Source: Tagaea sp.
Lineage (GTDB): Bacteria; Pseudomonadota; Alphaproteobacteria; CACIAM-22H2
NCBI GenBank assembly: GCA_965279525.1
Contig: CBDIIB010000005.1
Location: 1,184,001-1,248,000 of the forward strand
Reading direction: 5' to 3'
Length of the DNA stretch: 64,000 nt
Each line of letters opens with the position of its first letter. Position 1 is the stretch's first letter. The translations under genes were made by a program, and so were the position numbers. Positions 40,612 to 51,511 of the stretch are shown one piece after another. The notes below the pieces were generated by a model that was not told the DNA's origin, did no database searches, and saw only the letters and a list, made by a program, of their open reading frames with translations.

Positions 40612-41796
40612 TCAGGAGCCGCGCAGCCGTCGCTCCGCCACTTCGCGCGGCAGCAGAAGCCAGGCCCTGCCCGTCGAGCGCATGCGGCCCGCGCGCGCTT
40701 CGGCGTCGGACCCGGCACCCCAGAACACGTCGCCACGCACCGGGCCGCGGATGGCCCCGCCGGTGTCCTGCGCCATCAAGAGGCGCTGCACGCGCGCGGC
40801 CGGGTCGAGCGGATCGTCGGCATCGAGGAAGACCGGCACGCCCATCGGCAGGAAGTTGCGGTCGACCGCCAGCGAGCGGCCGGGGGTGAGTGCCACGCCT
40901 TCGCTGCCCAGCGGCCCGTCGCCTTCGAGCAGACGGAAGAACACATAGGACGGATTGGAATTGCGGATCGCGGCGGCCTCCGCCGGATTGGCGGCGAGCC
41001 ACGCCTTGATGCTCTGCATCGATACGGTTTCGCGCGTCAGCGCGCCGCGCTCGATCAGCGTACGTCCGATGGGCACGTAAGGGTGCCCGTTCTGGGCGGC
41101 GAAGCCCACGCGCAGGATGCGCCCGTCGTCGAGCACGACGCGCCCCGAACCCTGCACTTCGAGGAAGAACGCCTCGGTCGGATCGTCGACCCAGACGACC
41201 GGCTTGCCGCGCGGGCCCAACGCGCCTTCGACAATACGCGCGCGCGGCTCGTAGGGGCGAAGGGCACCGGATTCCACGCGGCCCGCGATGCGCTGGCCGC
41301 GCAGCTCTTCGCGGAAGGCGCCCAGATCGACGGTGACGAGATCGTCGGGCCGGCCATGGAGCGGGATCGAATATCGGGGCGTGCGCACGAGGCTGCCGCG
41401 CAGCTCGGGCTCGTAATAACCGGTGAACAGGCCCGCCTGTTCGGCGTTGTTGGCCAGCGCGAACGGCCGGAAGTTCGCCTCGAAGAACGCGCGCGCATCA
41501 CCCAGCGGCAGGTTCTGCGAACCGGCACAGACCGCACGCCAGTCGGCGACGCGCCCGGCGAGCGCGTCGGTCCCGATGGTCTGCGTGTCGGCCAGGCGCG
41601 CAAGGCGCGCGCAGGTGCGGCGCAAGGCCGGCAGCGCTTCGGCGTGCCGGTCGGCGTTCCAGCCCGGCAGCTCGGCGAAACTCGCGGGGGCCAGGACAAG
41701 GCGTGCAGGCGGTTCGGGGGCCGGCGCCGGTGCCGGCGGTTTTCCGGCACACGACGCGAGTGCAAGCGCCAGCAGGAAGGCGGCGAAAGCGCGCAA
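40612..41796 (-). CDS. mltA: Membrane-bound lytic murein transglycosylase A
   Basis: Lipobox LASC, TGYYEP, QGSG, NPSYVFF, QDTGGAI. Confidence 0.95.
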   Translation of the reverse strand: MRAFAAFLLALALASCAGKPPAPAPAPEPPARLVLAPASFAELPGWNADRHAEALPALRRTCARLARLADTQTIGTDALAGRVADWRAVCAGSQNLPLGDARAFFEANFRPFALANNAEQAGLFTGYYEPELRGSLVRTPRYSIPLHGRPDDLVTVDLGAFREELRGQRIAGRVESGALRPYEPRARIVEGALGPRGKPVVWVDDPTEAFFLEVQGSGRVVLDDGRILRVGFAAQNGHPYVPIGRTLIERGALTRETVSMQSIKAWLAANPAEAAAIRNSNPSYVFFRLLEGDGPLGSEGVALTPGRSLAVDRNFLPMGVPVFLDADDPLDPAARVQRLLMAQDTGGAIRGPVRGDVFWGAGSDAEARAGRMRSTGRAWLLLPREVAERRLRGS

Positions 41797-41799
41797 GCG

Positions 41800-42501
41800 C
41801 TAGCTCGGTTCCTCGGTGCGCACGAGCGCCCAGTTCGGATCGCGGTTGCGCGTGTCGCGCGCGAAGGTCCACAGATCGGTAAGCACCGTGACCTTGGCCG
41901 CCTCGCCGTCGACGACGTTGCCTTCGGCATCGCGCGTGACGTTGACCTGCTCGGTGACGAACTTGACTGTCACGCTCGCCGTGCGGCCTTCCATGCGCGC
42001 GTCGACGATCTCGGCGCTGCGGATGCCCACGAGCGTGGTTTCCAGCGTGTGCTTGGCGGCGAGCCGCTCGCGGATGGCGGTGGCGAACCCTTCGTAGACG
42101 TCGGCGGCGAGCAGCGGCTTCAGCGTGGCGGTGTCGCCCTGCGCGAAGGCCTGCACGATCATCTCGAAGGCACCGCGCGCACCCTGCACGAACTCGACCG
42201 GCGAGAACGACGCGTCGGCGCGGCGGATCGCGTCGTAGCCGGCCTTGAGGGCGGGGTTGCCGGCGGGGATCTCCGCCTCTTCCGCCGGAGCGGCATCGGC
42301 CGGACGCGGGGCGCCGGGAAACGGCGTGACGTTGTCGGGAACCTTGTCGGCGCGATCGAGCGTGCGCTCGGGCGGGCGGGCACGCCAGCGTTCGGAATCC
42401 TCCGCCCCCGTGCGCTTGCCCAGGATGCTGCGCAGACGCAGGATCAGGAACGCCGCGACGGCCGCGAATAGAAGGATGTCCATAAACGCCATGTCGCCCA
42501 T
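41800..42501 (-). CDS. Tim44/TimA-family protein
   Basis: N-terminal TM, LRSILGKRTG, WTFAR...PNW. Confidence 0.92.
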   Translation of the reverse strand: MGDMAFMDILLFAAVAAFLILRLRSILGKRTGAEDSERWRARPPERTLDRADKVPDNVTPFPGAPRPADAAPAEEAEIPAGNPALKAGYDAIRRADASFSPVEFVQGARGAFEMIVQAFAQGDTATLKPLLAADVYEGFATAIRERLAAKHTLETTLVGIRSAEIVDARMEGRTASVTVKFVTEQVNVTRDAEGNVVDGEAAKVTVLTDLWTFARDTRNRDPNWALVRTEEPS

Positions 42502-42650
42502 CTTGCGCCGCTTTGCCGGAAAAAGGGGGAGTAGCGGGTGATTTCCCGCCCTGTCCTGCTATAAATAAGCGTGGCCGGGGCCGGGAACAAGCGGCTTGGC
42601 CGGTATTTCTGCCCCCGTCCGGCTCCCACAAGGGTCTTTGGCCCCCTCGC

Positions 42651-43190
42651 ATGCTCCTGATCCGACACGGCCAATCCGAATTCAATGCCGTCTATTCGCG
42701 CACGCGTGTCGATCCGGGCATCCCCGATCCGCGCCTGACCGAGCTTGGCAAGGCCCAGGCGCTGGAGGCGGCGGCCGCCCTCGCCGGCCACGGCGTGCGC
42801 CGGCTGATCGCCAGCCCCTATACGCGGGCCCTCGAAACCGCCCGGATCATCGCGGGCGAGCTCGGCCTTGCCATCAGCGTCGATCCGCTGGTCGGCGAGC
42901 GGGCGGCCTTCCACTGCGACATCGGCTCGCCGCCGGCCGAACTCCGGCGCCGCTTTCCCGATCTCGATTTCGGCCATCTCGGCGATCCGTGGTGGCACGA
43001 CCATGTCGGCCTCGGCCGCGACGAGACCGAGGACGAGATCGTCGCGCGCGGGATGCGCTTCCGCGCCCGGGCGCTCGGGCTTGCCGACCGCGGCGACGTG
43101 GCCGTGGTCACGCACTGGGGCTTCATCCGGGCGCTGACCGGTTACGAGGCGAAGAACGCCGAGATCGTGCGCCTCCAATTCGGCGATTGA
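42651..43190 (+). CDS. Histidine phosphatase family protein
   Basis: LIRHGQS, SPYTRA, VTH. Confidence 0.9.
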   Translation: MLLIRHGQSEFNAVYSRTRVDPGIPDPRLTELGKAQALEAAAALAGHGVRRLIASPYTRALETARIIAGELGLAISVDPLVGERAAFHCDIGSPPAELRRRFPDLDFGHLGDPWWHDHVGLGRDETEDEIVARGMRFRARALGLADRGDVAVVTHWGFIRALTGYEAKNAEIVRLQFGD

Positions 43191-43252
43191 GCCGGTCCGC
43201 CGGTTCGTGTTAACCCCCGCCGGTCTTTCCTCCGACCGGAGTTGCCCGTCCC

Positions 43253-43756
43253 ATGACCGATCCCGCGAACAACGCCGCCCCAGGCCCGGTGTTCGGCGTT
43301 CTCGCCCAGTATCTCAAGGACCTGTCCTTCGAGAGCCCGCGCGCACCCGACATCTTCCTGGCGCAGGACAAGAACCCGCAGGTCGGCGCCGACGTGAAGG
43401 TCGAAGCGCGCCCGATGGGCCAGGACGTCTACGAGGTCGAACTGTCGATCGAGGCGTCCGCGCGCAGCGGCGAGGAAACCGTCTTCGTCATCGAGTGCCT
43501 CTATGCCGGCGTCTTCCAGGTCTCGGGATTGCCGCAGGAGCATCTGGGGCCGTTCCTGATGATCGAGTGCCCGCGCCTGCTGTTCCCGTTCGCGCGCAAC
43601 ATCGTGGCGGACTCCACGCGCGAGGGCGGTTTCCCGCCGCTGCTCCTCCAGCCCGTCGATTTCGTCGAGCTCTACAGGAAGCGCCTGGCCGAACGCACCG
43701 ACGCACCCGCACCTTCGGCCACGGGCCCCACGTCGAAGATCATCCTGCCGAACTGA
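43253..43756 (+). CDS. secB: Protein export chaperone SecB
   Basis: QYLKDLSFESP, CPRLLFPFAR, GGFPPL. Confidence 0.96.
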   Translation: MTDPANNAAPGPVFGVLAQYLKDLSFESPRAPDIFLAQDKNPQVGADVKVEARPMGQDVYEVELSIEASARSGEETVFVIECLYAGVFQVSGLPQEHLGPFLMIECPRLLFPFARNIVADSTREGGFPPLLLQPVDFVELYRKRLAERTDAPAPSATGPTSKIILPN

Positions 43757-44437
43757 TCAGTTCAGCCAGACCGGGCTTTTGAGTTTCGCGAGCATGGCGG
43801 CATGCGCCGCGGCTTCGGCCTCGGTGGGACCGTGCGGTCGCGGCGCGCGCGCCGGCCCCTTGGGCAGCGTGGCGACGATGGGCTTGGCACCGCTGGCTTG
43901 CGCCGGTTCTGTTCCCAGCAGGCCCGCCTGCCGGCCGCCGATCAGTTCGAGATAGACCTGCGCCAGCAGGTCGGCGTCGAGAAGCGCGCCGTGCAGCGTG
44001 CGGTGCGCGTTGTCGATGCCGAAGCGCTTGCACAGCGCGTCGAGCGACGCCGGTGCGCCCGGGAACTTCTTGCGCGCCATGTGGACCGTGTCGAGCGCAC
44101 GCGCGATCGGGATCTTCGGGAAGCCCAGACGCGCGAGTTCGGCATTGATGAAGCCGACGTCGAACTCGGCATTGTGGATGACGAGCCGCGCCTCGCCGAT
44201 GAATTCGAGGAACTCCGACACGATTCCGGCGAAGACGGGGGCACCCTTCAGCTTGGCGTTGGTGATGCCGTGGATGGCCGCGGAATCGGGCGGCACGTCC
44301 ATTTCGGGATCGACAAGCGTGTGGAACTTCGCCCCTGTCGGCAGGTGATTGACCAGCTCGACGCACGCGATCTCGAGGATGCGGTGGTTCTTGGGATCGA
44401 GCCCGGTGGTTTCGGTGTCGAGGACGATTTCGCGCAT
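43757..44437 (-). CDS. dnaQ: DNA polymerase III epsilon
   Basis: LDTETTG, HNAEFD, HGALLDA. Confidence 0.97.
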   Translation of the reverse strand: MREIVLDTETTGLDPKNHRILEIACVELVNHLPTGAKFHTLVDPEMDVPPDSAAIHGITNAKLKGAPVFAGIVSEFLEFIGEARLVIHNAEFDVGFINAELARLGFPKIPIARALDTVHMARKKFPGAPASLDALCKRFGIDNAHRTLHGALLDADLLAQVYLELIGGRQAGLLGTEPAQASGAKPIVATLPKGPARAPRPHGPTEAEAAAHAAMLAKLKSPVWLN

Positions 44438-45048
44438 CAGTTCTTCCGTCGGCGGGGGAGGGTGCGGGCAAGTCTCGCGGCTTTGCGAAGGGTGCGCAAG
44501 GTCGCGAGCTGGCCAAGGGCGGACACCGCGACGAGATCGGCGAGTGCACGCTTCTTGGCGTCGGGCATCTGGCGGGCAAGGATGCCGGCGAGCCTTGCGG
44601 GCGTCATGCCGGGGCGGGCAAGGGCCCGCTGGCGCTGGATCGCGGCGGAGGCCGACACGACGACGACAAGGTCGCAGTTGCGCTCGCCCATCGTCTCATA
44701 GAGCAAGGGCACGTCGAGACACACGAGCTTCGTGCGCGCGCGCATGTGGCGCGCGAGGAACGCGCGCTGGCGGCGCCAGGCAAGCGGATGGAGGATCGCC
44801 TCGAGGCGGCGCAATGCTTCGGGATCGGCGAAGACGCGTGCACCCAGCGCCGCGCGGTCGACCGCCCCGGCGCGCACCGTGCCGGGGAAAGCCGCATCGA
44901 CCGGCGCCACGCCGTCGCCGCCCTTGGCGAGAAGTGCATGGATCTCGGCGTCGGAATCGTAGACCGGAATCCGCATGCGGCGCAGTAGCCGGGCCGCGGT
45001 CGACTTGCCCATCGCGATCGAGCCGGTGAGGCCCAGCACGCGCATCAT
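44437..45048 (-). CDS. coaE: Dephospho-CoA kinase
   Basis: GLTGSIAMGKS, LEAILHP, DVPLLYE. Confidence 0.96.
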   Translation of the reverse strand: MMRVLGLTGSIAMGKSTAARLLRRMRIPVYDSDAEIHALLAKGGDGVAPVDAAFPGTVRAGAVDRAALGARVFADPEALRRLEAILHPLAWRRQRAFLARHMRARTKLVCLDVPLLYETMGERNCDLVVVVSASAAIQRQRALARPGMTPARLAGILARQMPDAKKRALADLVAVSALGQLATLRTLRKAARLARTLPRRRKN

Positions 45049-45665
45049 TCCGGAACCACGCCCTGCGCGCGCAGGAAACCCAGCAATGCCAGCAGCGGCA
45101 GCCCCAGGATCGTGAAGAAGTCGCCCTCGACGCGCGAAAAGAGCTGCGCGCCCAGCCCTTCGAGCTGGTAGGCGCCGACGGACGCGAACGCGTTCTCGCC
45201 AGCAGCATCGAGATAGCGGGCGATGAACGCGTCGTCGAGCGGGCGCATGGTCAGGCGCGCGTGCTCCACGTGATGCCAGACGCGCTGGCCGTTGCGGAAC
45301 ACGACGGCCGCCGTCGCCAGCCGGTGCGTCTTGCCCGAAAGTGCCCGCAGGTGGGCTTCAGCATGCGCGCGGTCGACGGGCTTGTCGAACCACACGCCGT
45401 TGCAGTCGAGCATCTGGTCCGAGCCGATGACGATGGCGCCTGGGTTGCGCACGGCCACGCGCCGCGCCTTGTGTTCGGCAAGCTTGATCGCGACGTCGTC
45501 CACGCCGGCACCGTCGGCGCGCATCGAGCGCTTGATCTCGTCCTCGTCCACGTGGGCGGGCTCGACCGCGAAGACGAGGCCCGCGCGTTCGAGCATCTCG
45601 CGCCGGAACCGGCTCTGCGAGGCAAGCACCACCGGCGGAGCCGCCGGGTTGAAGAGCTGCGTCAT
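45045..45665 (-). CDS. Maf-family nucleotide pyrophosphatase
   Basis: LASQSRFR, GSDQ, GAYQLEG, ILGLP. Confidence 0.93.
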   Translation of the reverse strand: MTQLFNPAAPPVVLASQSRFRREMLERAGLVFAVEPAHVDEDEIKRSMRADGAGVDDVAIKLAEHKARRVAVRNPGAIVIGSDQMLDCNGVWFDKPVDRAHAEAHLRALSGKTHRLATAAVVFRNGQRVWHHVEHARLTMRPLDDAFIARYLDAAGENAFASVGAYQLEGLGAQLFSRVEGDFFTILGLPLLALLGFLRAQGVVPE

Positions 45666-46504
45666 GCCGGCTTCTTCCCCGACTTCTCGCGCCGCTCCTG
45701 GACCATCGTCATGATCTGCGCGGACGTTTCCTCGATCGAACGGCGCGCCACGTCGATGACCGGCCAGCCGCGCGCGGAAAAGAAGCGGCGCGCCTCGGTC
45801 ACTTCGCTGCGCACCTTGTCGAGATCGGTATAGTCCGTCTCGCGGCTCTCGTTGAGCATGTTGAGCCGGTTGCGGCGCAGCTGCACGAGCAGGTTGGGAT
45901 CGTTGGTGAGGCCCACGAACATCGGGCCGTCTTCCTTGGCGTGCAGTTCCTCGATCTGGTCAGGCAGTGCTACGCCGGGAACGAAGGGGACGTTGGCGGC
46001 CTTGATGCCGCGATTGGCGAGATAGATGCACGTCGGCGTCTTCGACGTGCGCGACACGCCCACGAGGATGACTTCGGCTTCGTTGAGGCCGTGCGCAGCC
46101 TGGCCGTCGTCGTGGATCATCACCCAGTTGATCGCGTCGATGCGGCGGAAATAGTCGGCGTCGAGCGCGTGCTGGCGGCCGGGAAGATTGCGCGTCTTGA
46201 GACCCAGATAGTTCGTGAGTGCCCCCATCGTGGGATCGAGCACGGGGATGCACGGCATCGACAGCGCACGGCACGCGGTCTCGAGCTGGGCGCGCGTGCT
46301 CTGCTCGATGATCGTGTAGAGCACCACGCCCGGGTTCGCCGAGATGCCGGCCATCACCTTCTCGAGCTGGCGCTCGGAGCGGATCATCGACCACATGTGT
46401 TCGACCGGTTCGACGTTCTCGAACTGCACGAGACACGCGCGCACGACCGAGTTCAAGGTCTCGCCGGTCGCGTCGGAAACGAGGTGGAGATGGAAGCGCT
46501 TCAT
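45662..46504 (-). CDS. PEP synthase/PPDK regulatory kinase (DUF299)
   Basis: HLVSDATGET, HDDG, GVSRTSKTP. Confidence 0.93.
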   Translation of the reverse strand: MKRFHLHLVSDATGETLNSVVRACLVQFENVEPVEHMWSMIRSERQLEKVMAGISANPGVVLYTIIEQSTRAQLETACRALSMPCIPVLDPTMGALTNYLGLKTRNLPGRQHALDADYFRRIDAINWVMIHDDGQAAHGLNEAEVILVGVSRTSKTPTCIYLANRGIKAANVPFVPGVALPDQIEELHAKEDGPMFVGLTNDPNLLVQLRRNRLNMLNESRETDYTDLDKVRSEVTEARRFFSARGWPVIDVARRSIEETSAQIMTMVQERREKSGKKPA

Positions 46505-46933
46505 CTGGGGATTGGTGTGAGTCCGGGGTACAAGTCGCTGTTCATCCACAGGGTCGAAAATCGGTCCCCAAACCGTATACACGCCAAGCGGCACTTCAGC
46601 ACAGGGCGAACCGAATCCTGCCAACCGGAAGGATAGCGGGGACAATCGTTCGATGCGGGGTTATCCCCGGAATTCAGACGCAACAATGCGCGCTATGCCG
46701 GGCGGCAGGTGCTCCGCAACTGCGGCCTTTTCCCGGTGTTCGCGGGCAGGCATCCACAGTTCCCGGCCAAGCGCTTCCCGACGGGGACGAAGCCGGGACA
46801 AGATGGATTCCCCGGCATCCACAGGCACCCATCTACCTCCACTACCTAGAAAGTATTTAGATTCTTGTTTGGTAGAGGGCGTGTCTCGCGGCTACACTCC
46901 GCCCGCTTTTCCGCCCAGAGGTGTTTTGCCTAG
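46505..46933. other. Probable chromosomal replication origin (oriC)
   Basis: Intergenic between DUF299 and hemE, the known Caulobacter/Rickettsia ori location. DnaA-box-like TCATCCACA (46542-46550), GCATCCACA (46750-46758, 46815-46823), TTATCCCCG (46661-46669), then an AT-richer stretch at about 46830-46875. Confidence 0.8.
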
Positions 46934-48004
46934 ATGATCCAGCCGCGTCCGTCCCCGTCCCAGGCCAAACCGTTCGTGCGCAGCCTTGCCGGCGAGATCC
47001 ACGAGCGCCCGTGCTTCTGGCTGATGCGCCAGGCCGGCCGGTACCTGCCCGAGTATCGCGCCACGCGTTCGCAGGCCAACGGCTTCGTCGATCTGTGCCT
47101 CCGGCCCGATCTTGCCTGCGAGATCACGCTGCAGCCGCTGCGGCGCTATTCGATGGATGCCGCGATCCTGTTTTCAGACATCCTGATGGTTCCCTACGGC
47201 CTCGGCCAGGGGCTCGAATTCCGCGAAGGCGAAGGCCCGGTCCTCGACGCCGTGCGCGATGCGGCCGGCATCGCGAAGCTGGAAGCGGGTCTGGCGGATT
47301 TCCAGACGCGCGTGGCGCCGGTCTACGAAACCGTATCGCGCGTCCACGCGAACCTGCCCGGCACAACGACATTGATCGGCTTTGCCGGTGCCCCCTGGAC
47401 GGTCGCGACGTACATGGTCGAAGGCGGGACCAGCAAGGATTTCGCCAACGTGCGGTTGCTGGCCTATCGCGACCGGCCGGCCTTCCGCCGGCTCATCGAC
47501 CTGCTCGTCGAGGCGACGACCGGCTACCTGCTGCGCCAGGTCGCGGCCGGTGCCGAAGCGCTGCAGATCTTCGACACGTGGGCCGGCATCCTGCCCGAGC
47601 TGGAATATGCCGAATGGGTGCTGGCACCGGTCGCCAGGATCGTGGCCGCACTCAAGGCCAAGCATCCCGAGATCCCGGTGATCTTCTTCCCGAAGGGCTC
47701 GGGGCTGCTCTACGAGAAAGCCGCCGCGATCCCGGGCGTGGCAGCGCTTGGCATCGATACGGCCGTCCCGCTGGAGTTCGCAAAGCGGCTTCAGAAGCTC
47801 GCGACCGTGCAGGGCAATCTCGATCCGATCGTGTTGACGGCCGGCGGCGAAGCGCTCGACCGGGCCGCGACGCGCATCCTCGACGCGCTCGGGTCGGGTC
47901 CGTTCGTGTTCAATCTCGGACACGGCGTCATCCCGCAGACCCCGCCGGAGAATGTGGGCCGGCTTGCCGATCTGATCCGCAGCTGGCGCGCGCGCAAGGC
48001 CTAG
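46934..48004 (+). CDS. hemE: Uroporphyrinogen decarboxylase
   Basis: WLMRQAGRYLPEY, FSDIL, FNLGHG. Confidence 0.97.
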   Translation: MIQPRPSPSQAKPFVRSLAGEIHERPCFWLMRQAGRYLPEYRATRSQANGFVDLCLRPDLACEITLQPLRRYSMDAAILFSDILMVPYGLGQGLEFREGEGPVLDAVRDAAGIAKLEAGLADFQTRVAPVYETVSRVHANLPGTTTLIGFAGAPWTVATYMVEGGTSKDFANVRLLAYRDRPAFRRLIDLLVEATTGYLLRQVAAGAEALQIFDTWAGILPELEYAEWVLAPVARIVAALKAKHPEIPVIFFPKGSGLLYEKAAAIPGVAALGIDTAVPLEFAKRLQKLATVQGNLDPIVLTAGGEALDRAATRILDALGSGPFVFNLGHGVIPQTPPENVGRLADLIRSWRARKA

Positions 48005-48016
48005 GCGCGCGACGGG

Positions 48017-49054
48017 ATGCCGAAGATCGCCGTCATCCTGTTCAATCTCGGCGGGCCCGATGCCCTCGAGTCCGTGCGGCCGTTCCTGTTCAACCTGTTC
48101 AGCGATCGCGCGATCATCGGCCTGCCGAACCCGTTGCGCTGGTTCGTCGCGCGCATGATTTCCGACCGGCGTGCCGCCAAGGCGCGCGGCATCTATGCGG
48201 CGATGGGCGGCGGCTCGCCGATCCTGCCCAACACGATGGCGCAGGCGCAGGCACTCGAGGCGAGCCTGCGCGATCTCGGTGAGGTCCGCTGTTTTCCCGC
48301 GATGCGCTACTGGCACCCGCTGACCGGCGAGGTCGTGCGCGACGTCGCCGCGTTCGCACCTGACCGCATCGTGCTGCTGCCGCTCTATCCGCAATATTCG
48401 ACGACGACCACGGCAAGCTCGAAGAAGGCATGGGACGAGGCGGTCCGGGCGAAGGGCCTGTCGGTGCCGACCGCCTTCGCGTGCTGCTATCCGCGCCAGC
48501 CCGGGTTCGTGGCCGCGATCGCCGACCTGATCGGCGCGCACTACGACGAGGCGAAGGCGCACGGCAAGCCGCGCGTGCTGTTCTCCGCCCACGGGCTGCC
48601 CAAGAAGATCGTGGCGCAGGGCGACCCCTACCAGGTGCAGGTCGAGATGACCGTCGCGTCGGTCGTGGCACGCCTCGCGATCGACGGGCTCGACCATGTC
48701 GTGTGCTACCAGAGCCGCGTGGGTCCGCTCGAATGGATCGGGCCGAGCACCGAGGAAGAGATCGCGCGCGCCGCCGCCGACAAGGTGCCCGTCGTGGTGG
48801 TGCCGGTCGCGTTCGTGTCGGAGCATTCCGAGACGCTCGTCGAACTCGATATCGAGTATCGCGAGCGCGCGGCCGAGCTGGGCGTGCCGCACTACAGCCG
48901 TGTGCCGACCGTCTCGACGCATCCCGATTTCATCCGCGGCCTCGGCGAAGTCGTGCGATCGTTCGTGCGTGGCCCGGCCCGGGCGGGCACCGGCGAAGGC
49001 GGGACGCGCCTGTGTCCGGGCGATTGCGGGAAATGCCCGCTTGCGGTTTCCTGA
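48017..49054 (+). CDS. hemH: Ferrochelatase with Cys-rich C-terminus
   Basis: NLGGP, PLYPQYS, FSAHGLP, SEHSETL; C-terminal CPGDCGKC. Confidence 0.97.
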   Translation: MPKIAVILFNLGGPDALESVRPFLFNLFSDRAIIGLPNPLRWFVARMISDRRAAKARGIYAAMGGGSPILPNTMAQAQALEASLRDLGEVRCFPAMRYWHPLTGEVVRDVAAFAPDRIVLLPLYPQYSTTTTASSKKAWDEAVRAKGLSVPTAFACCYPRQPGFVAAIADLIGAHYDEAKAHGKPRVLFSAHGLPKKIVAQGDPYQVQVEMTVASVVARLAIDGLDHVVCYQSRVGPLEWIGPSTEEEIARAAADKVPVVVVPVAFVSEHSETLVELDIEYRERAAELGVPHYSRVPTVSTHPDFIRGLGEVVRSFVRGPARAGTGEGGTRLCPGDCGKCPLAVS

Positions 49055-49079
49055 CGCGAAGTGCGGGCCGGAGGAAGAA

Positions 49080-49529
49080 TTGGACGCGGTTTTCGACACG
49101 ATCAACGACTGGTACGCCTGGATCAAGTGGCTGCATGTCGTCTCGGTGATCTCGTGGATGGCGGGCCTGCTCTATCTGCCGCGCCTGTTCGTCTATCACT
49201 GCGCGGCTCTGCCGGGGTCCGACACGTCGGAGACGTTCAAGGTCATGGAGCGCCGTCTGCTGCGCGCGATCATGAACCCGGCGATGGTAGCGACATGGCT
49301 GTTCGGCGGCCTCCTGCTGGTCGTGCAGGACTGGGCGGGCGGCTGGCTGCACGCCAAGCTCGCGGCGGTGCTGGCACTTAGCTTCCACCACCACCTGCAG
49401 GCGCGCTGGCGCAAGGATTTCGCGGCCGACAAGAACCGGCATCCGGCCCGCTTCTACCGGATGCAGAACGAGGTCCCGACCGTCCTGATGGTCGTCATCG
49501 TGCTTCTGGTGATCGTAAAGCCCTTCTGA
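49080..49529 (+). CDS. hemJ: Protoporphyrinogen oxidase HemJ
   Basis: WMAGLLYLPRLFVYH, NEVP, VKPF; TTG start after GGAGG. Confidence 0.95.
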   Translation: MDAVFDTINDWYAWIKWLHVVSVISWMAGLLYLPRLFVYHCAALPGSDTSETFKVMERRLLRAIMNPAMVATWLFGGLLLVVQDWAGGWLHAKLAAVLALSFHHHLQARWRKDFAADKNRHPARFYRMQNEVPTVLMVVIVLLVIVKPF

Positions 49530-49742
49530 ACCAAGACGATTGACATCGCCCCGGGATCGGCTAGATTGGCGGTCGGACGGGTGGATAGCCCGTTCTCGTG
49601 GCCGCTTTTACGTGCCGGCCGATCCTTCCCGACGACGATTTCCGAGGCTGCCCCGCGAACCGACAGACGCACGTCGTCTGGGTTTGCCCGAAAGCCCCAA
49701 GCCGGTCGCGGGCCCTTTCCCAACCCAGCCCCAGAAAAAAGA

Positions 49743-51131
<1,389 letters not shown>

Positions 51132-51132
51132 C

Positions 51133-51471
51133 ATGGCGGTGCTGCACGTCCTCGTGGCCGGGCCCTATTCGGCGCCCACGCCCGAAGGACGTGCAGCCAA
51201 CCTGCTGCGCATGAACGAAGCGGCGGTCGCTGTCGCGAAACTCGGCCATATCCCGGTGATCGGCGTCAACGCGGCCCTGCCCGTCCTCGACGCCGCCGGG
51301 CTTCCCTACTCGCACCCGTTGATGATGGAAATCTCGCTCGCTCTGGCAGGGCGCTGCGATGCGTGCCTGCACGTCGCGCGTTCGCCCGGCGCCGACCGCG
51401 AGGCGGACCTGGTCCGCGGCAAGGGCCTGCCGGTCTGGACGCGGATCGAAGACGTGCCGCCGGCTGAATAA
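51133..51471 (+). CDS. DUF4406-like small Rossmann-fold protein
   Basis: VAGPY, GHIP, CDA, SPGADRE pattern. Confidence 0.6.
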   Translation: MAVLHVLVAGPYSAPTPEGRAANLLRMNEAAVAVAKLGHIPVIGVNAALPVLDAAGLPYSHPLMMEISLALAGRCDACLHVARSPGADREADLVRGKGLPVWTRIEDVPPAE

Positions 51472-51511
51472 CGGGGTATGCTCGCTCCGGTTACGGGCCG
51501 GGGCGCGGGTA

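Noticed and set aside
48990-49054. Cys-rich HemH tail as a novelty
   Set aside because: [2Fe-2S]-binding C-terminal cysteines are already known in Caulobacter-type ferrochelatases.
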